Positions 28,045 to 36,237 of a DNA stretch of 36,237 nt are shown piece by piece. A program made the position numbers and the translations under genes. Under the pieces are notes generated by a model. The model had not been told where the DNA came from. It made no database searches and worked only from the letters and a program-made list of their open reading frames with translations. The stretch is taken from positions 1-36,237 of the IMG/VR virus record IMGVR_UViG_3300025084_000092; one strand, written 5' to 3'. The stretch's first letter is position 1; every line of letters begins with the position of its first letter. The DNA is from a virus. Its lineage: Duplodnaviria > Caudoviricetes.

Positions 28045-30683
28045 TGCCAAGCATAAACGATAGAATTGGATCACAAAACGTAATTCGCGTATTATCCAAT
28101 GCTTCTGCGCCACCATCAAGATTACTCAATCTAACTGACGTTGATTCATCATCTCAGACAGATGGCAATTTATTAATCTGGGATGCCACAGATAATAAAT
28201 TCTTCATGAGTCGTACTCTTGATTCAACAGAAGGATATGAATTTAGTGGTGGAACAAATTCAGTAGGAATAGTAACATTTTCGGGAAGCACTCAATCAGA
28301 ATCAACTGTAACTGGTGCAGTAATTGTCAGTGGTGGTTTTGCAGTAGGAAAGAATGTAAATTTTGCTGCCGGATTAAATGTTGTTGGTATTGCAACTTTC
28401 TCAAATGAAATTGATATTAATGCTGCCGTTGATATTTTAAGAGGATTAAATGTCTCTGGTATTACGAGTGTAGCATCTCTCAATATAGGTGCTACACAAG
28501 TAATCAGTAGTGGAAGAGAACTTCAAAATATTGTTTCTTTAGATGCTACTACCACAGCAACTATTGAAGCAGCAATTGAAGTTGCTCCAAACACATTCAC
28601 TGATTTAAAGATTAGTGGTGTATCAACTTTCATTGGCATTGCAACATATGCCGCAGGACTTCAAGTCGTTTCTGGCGTATCAACATTTAATGATGCGGTT
28701 GATATTAATGCTGGATTAGATGTAGATGGACAAACTGATTTAGATGAAGTAGTAATTGCTGGTGTCACTACATTCAATAATGCTGACGTAGTTTTCCAGG
28801 GTGCTGCTGCTGGTCAGAATATAACATTTGATGCTTCTGAAAATGATTTAGAGTTTTCTGATGATGCTAGATTAAAATTTGGAAATAGTGATGATCTTGA
28901 GATATTTCATGGAACTGGCAACAATAGTCATATAAAAAATTCTACTAATGATCTTAAAATTCGTAGTGATTCACTCATACTGAAAAGAGCAGATGATAGT
29001 GAGGCATATCTTAAAGCTACTGTTAATCAGGATGTAAAATTATATTATAATGGCAATGAGAAATTTGCCACTACTGCTGAAGGTGTCGATGTCACTGGAC
29101 GCACCGAAACCGATCTCTTAAATGTTTCTGGTGTATCAACATTTGCTGGTCTTATTGATGCCAATAATCGTCTTGATGTAGTCGGTGGTGCTAATCTAGA
29201 CCAACTAAATGTATCCGGCATTACTACACTCGGTGCTGTCGATATTAATGGCATAATAGACATTGATGGTCAATTAGATGTAGATGAGTTAGTTGTTGCC
29301 GGTGTTTCTACTTTTAATTCTGCGGTTGACATTGATGCAGGATTGGATGTTGATGGGCAAACTGACTTAGATGAACTTGTAGTTGCTGGTGTATCTACAT
29401 TTAGTGCTGCTGTTGATATAAATGCTGGTGGTCAGGCAAATACATTCAAAGTAGAGGATCTTACAGATAATCGTGTAGTAATTGTCGGAACTGGTGGAGA
29501 ACTTGAAGACGATTCAAATTTTACTTTTGATGGTGCTACATTATCAGTTGGTGTAAAATTAGATGTAGATGGAGATACTCAAGTAGATGACCTTAATGTT
29601 GCTGGTGTTGCGACTTTTAGTTCTCTTGTTGATGCAAATAATCGTCTTGATGTTTTTGGTGGTGCTAATTTAGACCAATTAAATGTTGCTGGAATTACTA
29701 CTCTTGGTGCTGTTGATATCAACGGCATAATAGACATTGACGGGCAGTTAGATGTAGATGAGTTAGTTGTTGCTGGAGTATCTACCTTCAATTCTGCTGT
29801 TGATATTAATGCCGGATTGGACATAGATGGTCAATTAGATGCAGATGAACTGGTTGTTGCTGGTGTATCTACATTTAATTCTCTCGTTGATGCAAACAAT
29901 AGATTAGATGTTGTTGGTGGTGCCAATTTAGACCAATTAAATGTTGCTGGTGTATCTACACTCACAGGTAATGTAACATTTGTTGGAAGTATAAATCAAC
30001 TTAATGTTACTGGAATTACTAGTGCTACACAATTAGATATTAGTACTGGTGGTATTGATGTTGATGGTCAATCAGATTTAGATGAATTAGTTGTTGCTGG
30101 TGTATCCACATTTAGTGCTGCTGTTGATATTAATAGTACATTAGATGTCGATGGTGATACTCAATTAGATGATCTAAATGTTGCCGGTGTTGCCACATTC
30201 TCATCACTTGTTGATGCAAACAATCGTCTTGATGTTGTCGGTGGCGCAAATCTAGACCAACTCAATGTTGTCGGTATTGCCACATTTACTACTATTGATG
30301 CTAATGGTGGTTTAGATATTGATGGGCAATTGGATGTTGATGAACTGGTTGTTGCCGGTGTTTCTACATTCTTGAATGCTGTAGATATCAATAGCACTCT
30401 TGATGTTGATGGTGATACTCAAGTAGATGATCTCAACGTTGCCGGTGTCGCGACCTTCAGTTCTTTAATAGATGCCAACAACAGATTAGATGTTGTTGGT
30501 GGTGCAAATCTAGACCAACTCAACATTGCCGGAGTATCAACCTTTGGTAATGTTTCTATTTTTAATGATGATGTAAGAATTACTGCTGGAGGATTGAATG
30601 TTGTTGGTGTTGCAACATTCTCTACTAATGTAAATGTTACAGGAACACTTGATGCCGGACTCATCGATGGAGGTACATACTGA
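28044..30683 (+). CDS. Tail-fibre-like repeat protein (879 aa)
   Basis: N-terminal L.NLTDV..DG.LLIWD module, tandem 28-29 aa G[VI][SAT]T repeats, LKFG..DLEIFH..LYYNG.EKFATT..GV.VTG module, IDGGTY C-terminus. Confidence 0.75.
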   Translation: MPSINDRIGSQNVIRVLSNASAPPSRLLNLTDVDSSSQTDGNLLIWDATDNKFFMSRTLDSTEGYEFSGGTNSVGIVTFSGSTQSESTVTGAVIVSGGFAVGKNVNFAAGLNVVGIATFSNEIDINAAVDILRGLNVSGITSVASLNIGATQVISSGRELQNIVSLDATTTATIEAAIEVAPNTFTDLKISGVSTFIGIATYAAGLQVVSGVSTFNDAVDINAGLDVDGQTDLDEVVIAGVTTFNNADVVFQGAAAGQNITFDASENDLEFSDDARLKFGNSDDLEIFHGTGNNSHIKNSTNDLKIRSDSLILKRADDSEAYLKATVNQDVKLYYNGNEKFATTAEGVDVTGRTETDLLNVSGVSTFAGLIDANNRLDVVGGANLDQLNVSGITTLGAVDINGIIDIDGQLDVDELVVAGVSTFNSAVDIDAGLDVDGQTDLDELVVAGVSTFSAAVDINAGGQANTFKVEDLTDNRVVIVGTGGELEDDSNFTFDGATLSVGVKLDVDGDTQVDDLNVAGVATFSSLVDANNRLDVFGGANLDQLNVAGITTLGAVDINGIIDIDGQLDVDELVVAGVSTFNSAVDINAGLDIDGQLDADELVVAGVSTFNSLVDANNRLDVVGGANLDQLNVAGVSTLTGNVTFVGSINQLNVTGITSATQLDISTGGIDVDGQSDLDELVVAGVSTFSAAVDINSTLDVDGDTQLDDLNVAGVATFSSLVDANNRLDVVGGANLDQLNVVGIATFTTIDANGGLDIDGQLDVDELVVAGVSTFLNAVDINSTLDVDGDTQVDDLNVAGVATFSSLIDANNRLDVVGGANLDQLNIAGVSTFGNVSIFNDDVRITAGGLNVVGVATFSTNVNVTGTLDAGLIDGGTY
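29127..30630 (+). repeat. Intragenic degenerate tandem repeats (~84-87 bp units)
   Basis: Five copies of GVxTFxxL[VI]DANNRLDV[VF]GGANLDQLN interleaved with D[VI]DG[QD]xx[LV]D[ED]L units. Confidence 0.85.
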
Positions 30684-31534
30684 TGGCAAAACCAGCAAGC
30701 AGACAGGAATTAGTTGATTACTCACTGAGGCAGTTGGGAGCTCCAGTATTGGAAATCAATATAGATGATGATCAACTAGATGACTTAGTTGATGATGCTC
30801 TTCAATATTTTCAGGAACGTCATTTTGATGGTGTTGAGAGAATGTATCTCAAATATAAACTCACAGAGGATGATATTAACAGAGGAACTGCTCAAGTTGA
30901 CGGAACTAATACTGTAGGTATTGTAACAACATCCGGAATAACTACTACAGTAAGTGGTATGCCCACAACAACTAATTATTTTTACGAAAATTCTAATTTC
31001 ATTCAAGTCCCAGATTCAGTCATCGGAATTGAAAAGGTGTTTAGGTTTGATAGTAGCACTATATCAAACGGAATGTTTAATATTAAATATCAGTTATTTT
31101 TGAATGATATATATCAGTTCAATTCAATAGAACTTCTTCAATATTCAATGGTTAAAACTTATTTGGAGGATATTGAATTTTTATTGAGCACTGATAAACA
31201 AATTAGATTCAATAAAAGACAAAATAGATTATATTTGGATATTGATTGGAAATCGGAAAAGAAAGATACTTTTTTGATTCTTGATTGTTATAGAATTTTA
31301 GATCCTAATACATTTACTAATGTATATAATGATAGTTTTTTGAAGAAATATTTAACTGCTCTCATAAAAAAACAATGGGGACAAAATTTATTAAAATTTA
31401 GAGGTGCAAAACTTCCAGGTGGATTAGAACTTAACGGAAGAGAATTATATGATGATGCTTTAAGAGAATTAGATGACATAAAGCAAAGAATGTCTTCAGA
31501 ATATGAACTGCCACCTCTTGATTTAATCGGATAG
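30683..31534 (+). CDS. gp13: Neck protein gp13
   Basis: LRQLGAPVLEINI, ERHFDG, KKQWGQNL.KF.G.KLPGG..LNG motifs. Confidence 0.95.
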   Translation: MAKPASRQELVDYSLRQLGAPVLEINIDDDQLDDLVDDALQYFQERHFDGVERMYLKYKLTEDDINRGTAQVDGTNTVGIVTTSGITTTVSGMPTTTNYFYENSNFIQVPDSVIGIEKVFRFDSSTISNGMFNIKYQLFLNDIYQFNSIELLQYSMVKTYLEDIEFLLSTDKQIRFNKRQNRLYLDIDWKSEKKDTFLILDCYRILDPNTFTNVYNDSFLKKYLTALIKKQWGQNLLKFRGAKLPGGLELNGRELYDDALRELDDIKQRMSSEYELPPLDLIG

Positions 31535-31539
31535 TTATC

Positions 31540-32994
31540 ATGGTATTAAATTCTTATTTTTTGCAAGGTAGTACTGGTGAGCAATCGCTCATGCAGGATT
31601 TGGTTAATGAGCACATACAAATTCATGGCATAGAGGTATACTATCTCCCAAGAAAAATATTTAAAACCGATAATATTATTAAAGAAATTCAATCATCAAA
31701 ATTTGATGATAGTTTTCTTATAGAAGCATATTTAAATAATATTGATGGTTATACGCCAGACAGCGACATAATGACGAAGTTTGGTTTAAGATTAAAAAAT
31801 GAAGTAAATTTGACAATATCAAGAGAAAGATTCGAGGAGTTTATTGCTCCCTTTCTTGAAGGAATTTCTTCTGGTATTAGAGAGGGTCAAATTACGGAAT
31901 ATACTTTTGGAGATTTAATTACAAGACCAAAAGAAGGAGATTTGATTTATTTTCCTCTTGGAGAAAGATTGTTTGAAATAAAAAGAGTAGAACATGAAAA
32001 ACCATTCTATCAACTTGGCAAACTTTATACGTATGATTTGAGTTGTGAATTGTTTGAATATGAAAATGAGTTTATTGACACCAGTATTGCCGAAGTTGAC
32101 AATCAACTGAAAGATGAAGGTTACATCACAACAATTGATCTTGTTGGAGTTGGCGAAACTGCACAGGCAACTGTTGGAGTATCAAGTGGTCGTGTTACTG
32201 AGATATTCTTAAATAATGATGGTTCTGGATTTACTTCAGCACCAACAATTACTTTCTCAGATGCACCGCAAGGGGGGCATAAAGCATCTGCGGTTGCCAT
32301 TACAACTCAGAGATCTAATATTACTTCAATCTTTAGACTTGAAATGACAAATGCTGGTGCTGGATATACAGTGGCACCAATTATTACAATCGCTGGTGGT
32401 GGGGGTTCTGGTGCAGCTGCAACATGCTCCATCTCTACCACCTTTGGTGTTCAGCAAGTTTTTGTTGGTGTTGCCGGAACTGGATACTCATTTACTCCAA
32501 ATGTTAATGTTGCTACTCCTCCATCAGGAATCAACACTGCCGTTCTTAATCCAATATTTACATCTTCTGCTAGTGCTGGTGCCGGAATTAATACAGTAAG
32601 AATTCTAAACTCTGGTATTGGATATACATCCGGTCCAATAAGTCTTGAGTTCTCTGGACCTACTTCTGGTATTGGAACTTTCTACTACAACGAAACGATC
32701 ACGGGTCAAAGTTCTGGAGTCACTGCTATTGTCAAAGACTTTGATTCTGGTGTTCAAGTTTCTACTGCAGGAACCGTAACAGTTATTGGAGAAACCAAAC
32801 TGAGAGTATCACTTAATACGGGCGAGTTCTTTGAAGGTGAAACTATCGTTGGATCTATATCAACTGCTACATATACTATAAAGACTCATGATCTTGATAG
32901 TCATGATCAACCCTCTGATTCCAATGAGGAAATTGAATTGGAAGCAGATTCATTATTAGATTTTAGTGAAAGTAATCCCTTCGGAGAATATTAA
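31540..32994 (+). CDS. gp14: Neck protein gp14 with internal beta-rich insertion
   Basis: VYYLPR, RPKEGDLIYFPL, FEIKRVEHEKPFYQLGK, DFSESNPFG motifs. Confidence 0.95.
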   Translation: MVLNSYFLQGSTGEQSLMQDLVNEHIQIHGIEVYYLPRKIFKTDNIIKEIQSSKFDDSFLIEAYLNNIDGYTPDSDIMTKFGLRLKNEVNLTISRERFEEFIAPFLEGISSGIREGQITEYTFGDLITRPKEGDLIYFPLGERLFEIKRVEHEKPFYQLGKLYTYDLSCELFEYENEFIDTSIAEVDNQLKDEGYITTIDLVGVGETAQATVGVSSGRVTEIFLNNDGSGFTSAPTITFSDAPQGGHKASAVAITTQRSNITSIFRLEMTNAGAGYTVAPIITIAGGGGSGAAATCSISTTFGVQQVFVGVAGTGYSFTPNVNVATPPSGINTAVLNPIFTSSASAGAGINTVRILNSGIGYTSGPISLEFSGPTSGIGTFYYNETITGQSSGVTAIVKDFDSGVQVSTAGTVTVIGETKLRVSLNTGEFFEGETIVGSISTATYTIKTHDLDSHDQPSDSNEEIELEADSLLDFSESNPFGEY

Positions 32995-33791
32995 TGTTAG
33001 GAACTTATTATTACCATGAAATAATACGAAAGACAATTATTTCTTTCGGAACTTTGTTTAATAACATTAATATTAAACACAAAAAATCTGATGGAACGAT
33101 TCTTGATGATATTAAGGTTGGTTTGGCATATGGACCACAACAAAAGTATTTGGCAAAAATTCAAGAACAGGCAGAGTTATCAAAATCAATTGCCATAACT
33201 TTGCCAAGAATGTCATTTGAGATGACAAATATTCAATATGATCCTACAAGAAAATCGGGAATAACACAAACATTCAAGGCATCAGATGGGACAAATTTGA
33301 AAAAAGTTTTTATGCCTGTTCCTTATAACATTGGATTTGAGTTAAGTGTTTTTAGCAAATTGAATGATGATGCCCTACAAATTATTGAACAGATACTTCC
33401 ATTTTTTCAACCATCATTTAATTTAACAGTAGATCTAGTAAGTTCTATTGGAGAAAAAAGAGACATACCCATAGTGCTAGAAAATATTTCTTTCCAAGAT
33501 GATTATGAAGGATCTTTTGAGAGTAGAAGAGCATTAATATATACTTTAAGTTTCACTGCAAAAACTTATCTGTTTGGTCCTGTTGCCGAAACCACAGATG
33601 GACTTATCAAAAAAGTTATTGTCGATCAACATTCCACTACAAATACTCAAACAGCAAAACGCGAAGTAAGATATACACTTACTCCAGATCCATTAAATGC
33701 AGGACCAGATGATGATTTTGGTTTCTCCGAAACCTGGAGTCATCATAGTGATGCTAAAGATCTAAGTCCTACAAGACAAATTGATTTATAA
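32994..33791 (+). CDS. gp15: Tail sheath stabilizer / completion protein gp15
   Basis: FGTLFNNI, ITLPRMSFE, PVPYNI, QIIEQILPFFQP, FTAKTYLFGP motifs. Confidence 0.95.
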   Translation: MLGTYYYHEIIRKTIISFGTLFNNINIKHKKSDGTILDDIKVGLAYGPQQKYLAKIQEQAELSKSIAITLPRMSFEMTNIQYDPTRKSGITQTFKASDGTNLKKVFMPVPYNIGFELSVFSKLNDDALQIIEQILPFFQPSFNLTVDLVSSIGEKRDIPIVLENISFQDDYEGSFESRRALIYTLSFTAKTYLFGPVAETTDGLIKKVIVDQHSTTNTQTAKREVRYTLTPDPLNAGPDDDFGFSETWSHHSDAKDLSPTRQIDL

Positions 33792-33797
33792 TTTGAT

Positions 33798-34238
33798 ATG
33801 AAAAATAACTATGACAATTTGGATGAAGCACTTAATGTTGAGAGCAGCATTGTTGAGGTAGATAAAACACCCAAATCTCTTGATGTTGTTTCTCCAAAAT
33901 CTGCATCAAAACCAGAGGATATTAAAAAGGATTATGATTATACCAGAGCAAATTTATATTCTCTGATTGAAAAAGGTCAAGAAACTTTAAATGGTATAAT
34001 GGAACTTGCCAGCGAAGGCGGAAGTCCCAGAGCATATGAAGTTGCAGGTCAACTTATTAAATCAGTTGCTGATACGACTGATAAATTGATGGACCTACAG
34101 AAAAAGGTAAAAGAGGTAGATGAAGAATCAACAAGTAAAACTAGCAGTGTCACAAACAATGCAGTGTTTATTGGTTCTACCTCAGACTTATCAAAAATGT
34201 TAAAGAAAGGATTTTTAGATAGTAATTCCGAAAAATAG
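33798..34238 (+). CDS. gp16: Terminase small subunit gp16
   Basis: DYDYTRANLY, PRAYEVAGQLIK, NNAVFIGST..L motifs. Confidence 0.95.
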   Translation: MKNNYDNLDEALNVESSIVEVDKTPKSLDVVSPKSASKPEDIKKDYDYTRANLYSLIEKGQETLNGIMELASEGGSPRAYEVAGQLIKSVADTTDKLMDLQKKVKEVDEESTSKTSSVTNNAVFIGSTSDLSKMLKKGFLDSNSEK

Positions 34239-34253
34239 TTTTATATTTAAATT

Positions 34254-35903
34254 ATGACTGATAGTGTATACTTAGGTAATCCCAACCTAAAAAAGGCAAA
34301 TACGCCGATTGAGTTTACAGAAGATCAAATTATTGAATTTCTCAAATGTAAAGAAGATCCCGTATATTTTGCAAATAATTACATAAAAATTATTTCTTTG
34401 GATGAAGGATTGACACAGTTTCATCCATATCATTTTCAAAGAAAATTAATTAATAATTTTCATAACAACAGATTTAATATCTGCAAGATGCCACGACAGA
34501 CTGGTAAATCTACAACTGTTATTTCATATCTTCTTCATTATCTTATCTTCAATGATAGTGTCAATATTGGCATTCTTGCAAACAAAGCAGCAACTGCCAG
34601 AGAACTTTTAGCAAGACTTGCAACAGCATATGAGAATCTTCCTAAGTGGATGCAACAGGGTGTATTAGTTTGGAATAAAGGTAATATTGAATTAGAAAAC
34701 GGAAGTAAAATTTTAGCAGCATCTACATCTGCAAGTGCTGTCCGAGGAATGTCATTTAATATTCTGTTTCTTGATGAATTTGCATTCGTTCCAAACCATG
34801 TTGCAGATTCTTTCTTTGCATCTGTTTATCCTACTATTACTTCTGGTAAAAACACCAAGGTAATTATCGTATCTACACCACATGGTATGAATCACTTCTA
34901 CCGTATGTGGCACGATGCTGAGAGGGGCAAGAACGAATATATCCCGACTGATGTCCATTGGAGTGAAGTTCCCGGTAGGGATGCCGAATGGAAGGATACT
35001 ACGATTGCAAACACATCTGAACAACAGTTCAAAGTTGAGTTTGAATGCGAATTCTTAGGTTCTGTTAATACACTAATCAATCCATCAAAACTTAGAAACC
35101 TTGTATATGAAGATCCGATAAAAAGAAATGCTGGTCTTGATATCTATGAGAATCCAATAAAGGAACATAATTATATAATTACTGTTGATGTCGCAAGAGG
35201 ACTTGGAAATGATTACTCTGCATTCATAGTCTTTGATACAACAGAATTTCCATATAAAGCTATTGCCAAATACAGAAACAACGAAATAAAACCAATGTTG
35301 TTTCCAAATATTATTCTTGATGTTGCTAAAGCATATAATCAAGCATACTTAATGATAGAAGTAAATGACATTGGAGATCAGGTTGCAAGTATTCTTCAAT
35401 ACGATTTAGAGTATCAAAATATTTTAATGGCTTCCATGAGAGGAAGAAATGGTCAGATTGTCGGACAGGGATTTTCTGGAAAGAAAACTCAACTCGGTGT
35501 AAGAATGACTGCCGCAGTTAAAAAATTAGGATGCTCTAATTTAAAGACACTTTTAGAGGATGATAAGTTACTTACAGTAGATTATGATATTATTTCAGAA
35601 CTAACTACATTCTCTCAAAAACACAATTCTTTTGAAGCAGAGGAAGGATGTAATGATGACCTTGCAATGTGCCTTGTTATTTTTTCTTGGTTAGTGCAAC
35701 AAGAGTATTTTAAAGAAATGACCGATCAGGATGTAAGAAAAAGATTGTACGAAGATCAAAGAGATCAGATAGAACAGGACATGGCTCCATTTGGATTTAT
35801 ATCTGATGGATTTGAGGATAGTGGTAGTTTTGTAGATAATAATGGTGATCGTTGGCACACTGATGAATACGGAGATAGATCATATATGTGGGATTATATG
35901 TAA
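34254..35903 (+). CDS. gp17: Terminase large subunit gp17
   Basis: YLGNPNLK, Walker A PRQTGKST, Walker B ILFLDE, VSTPHG, nuclease VDVARG and NDDL; intact 549 aa. Confidence 0.97.
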   Translation: MTDSVYLGNPNLKKANTPIEFTEDQIIEFLKCKEDPVYFANNYIKIISLDEGLTQFHPYHFQRKLINNFHNNRFNICKMPRQTGKSTTVISYLLHYLIFNDSVNIGILANKAATARELLARLATAYENLPKWMQQGVLVWNKGNIELENGSKILAASTSASAVRGMSFNILFLDEFAFVPNHVADSFFASVYPTITSGKNTKVIIVSTPHGMNHFYRMWHDAERGKNEYIPTDVHWSEVPGRDAEWKDTTIANTSEQQFKVEFECEFLGSVNTLINPSKLRNLVYEDPIKRNAGLDIYENPIKEHNYIITVDVARGLGNDYSAFIVFDTTEFPYKAIAKYRNNEIKPMLFPNIILDVAKAYNQAYLMIEVNDIGDQVASILQYDLEYQNILMASMRGRNGQIVGQGFSGKKTQLGVRMTAAVKKLGCSNLKTLLEDDKLLTVDYDIISELTTFSQKHNSFEAEEGCNDDLAMCLVIFSWLVQQEYFKEMTDQDVRKRLYEDQRDQIEQDMAPFGFISDGFEDSGSFVDNNGDRWHTDEYGDRSYMWDYM

Positions 35904-36133
35904 TGAATTTTGACGATCAGCTAGAACTTGAACACCTTCTTTTTTACGAAAGAAAATGTAGAGTTTGTGGTCAGAAGAAAGATTTGATGGAAGGTTTTTA
36001 TTTGATAAGAAAAGGTAGGGGAACTTTGCCATCGGCATATTCTTATGAATGTAAGGAATGTACGAAAAATAGAATATCGAAAAAAAGAAAAGATAAAGGT
36101 TTAAAAAGTGTGTGGGAATATCCAGATTGGTAG
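35903..36133 (+). CDS. Small CxxC...CxxC zinc-finger-like protein (76 aa)
   Basis: ATG35903 overlaps the gp17 TAA; CRVC...YECKEC, basic tail, ends YPDW. Confidence 0.75.
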   Translation: MNFDDQLELEHLLFYERKCRVCGQKKDLMEGFYLIRKGRGTLPSAYSYECKECTKNRISKKRKDKGLKSVWEYPDW

Positions 36134-36171
36134 TGTTCATGCATTGTTTCCCCAATGAAAATACCCGTTTT

Positions 36172-36179
36172 AATAAATA
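36172..36179 (+). promoter_or_regulatory. Late promoter for gp18
   Basis: AATAAATA, intergenic; GAGAGGA SD-like sequence precedes ATG36217. Confidence 0.7.
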
Positions 36180-36216
36180 TTTTTAGAATAAACTAGGACT
36201 GAGAGAGGAACTTAAG

Positions 36217-36237
36217 ATGCCGCTAAATTTAGCATCT
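36217..36237 (+). CDS. gp18: Tail sheath protein gp18, first 7 codons (truncated by window)
   Basis: MPLNLAS matches the usual cyanophage gp18 start (LASPG); synteny after gp17; late promoter and SD upstream. Confidence 0.7.

Noticed and set aside
29127-30630. Repeats as a CRISPR array or DGR template/variable repeat
   Set aside because: Units are in-frame and differ mainly at synonymous positions rather than adenine-specifically. There are no unique spacers and no cas or reverse transcriptase gene in the window.
7656-35342. Numerous 60-118 aa minus-strand ORFs and short alternative-frame plus-strand ORFs within structural genes
   Set aside because: They are fully nested in well-supported + strand genes. 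Many are in-register antisense shadows of biased codon usage, with no recognisable motifs.
34254-35903. Intein or intron in terminase large subunit
   Set aside because: The ORF is continuous and of normal length, with no splicing or LAGLIDADG motifs.
1-36237. tRNA, rRNA, integrase, transposase or stop-codon recoding
   Set aside because: Intergenic gaps are short with no cloverleaf seen, no mobile-element genes were recognised, and genes are full length under the standard code using TAA, TAG and TGA stops.

Overview
A 36 kb segment of a T4-like marine cyanophage (myovirus, Kyanoviridae-type), with all credible genes on the + strand. 1-1802 is a GC-richer block of small early-type genes behind a palindrome plus sigma70-like promoter, ending in a 303-aa protein with ligase-family (KxDG) nucleotidyltransferase motifs. 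1803-1961 is a structured, repeat-containing intergenic switch region. 1962-3963 encodes an AbrB-like protein, a GT-A glycosyltransferase-like protein, two small oppositely charged ORFs missing from the ORF track, and a conserved hypothetical. 3992-end is the AT-rich late structural module: gp25, gp6, giant gp7 (4009 aa), gp8, a VrlC/DUF4815-like protein (2514 aa), two small ORFs, a repeat-rich fibre, gp13, gp14, gp15, gp16, gp17, a small Zn-finger ORF and the first codons of gp18, with T4-type NATAAATA late promoters. The most interesting leads are a pervasive G-[IVL]-[GSTAV]-[TS] loop motif across unrelated virion proteins next to a glycosyltransferase (possible virion glycosylation system, inference only), the ligase-like early protein, the iteron-like intergenic element, and a GC-rich tip in a predicted long beta-hairpin of the VrlC-like protein. 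Family calls come from motif recognition and synteny; no searches were run.
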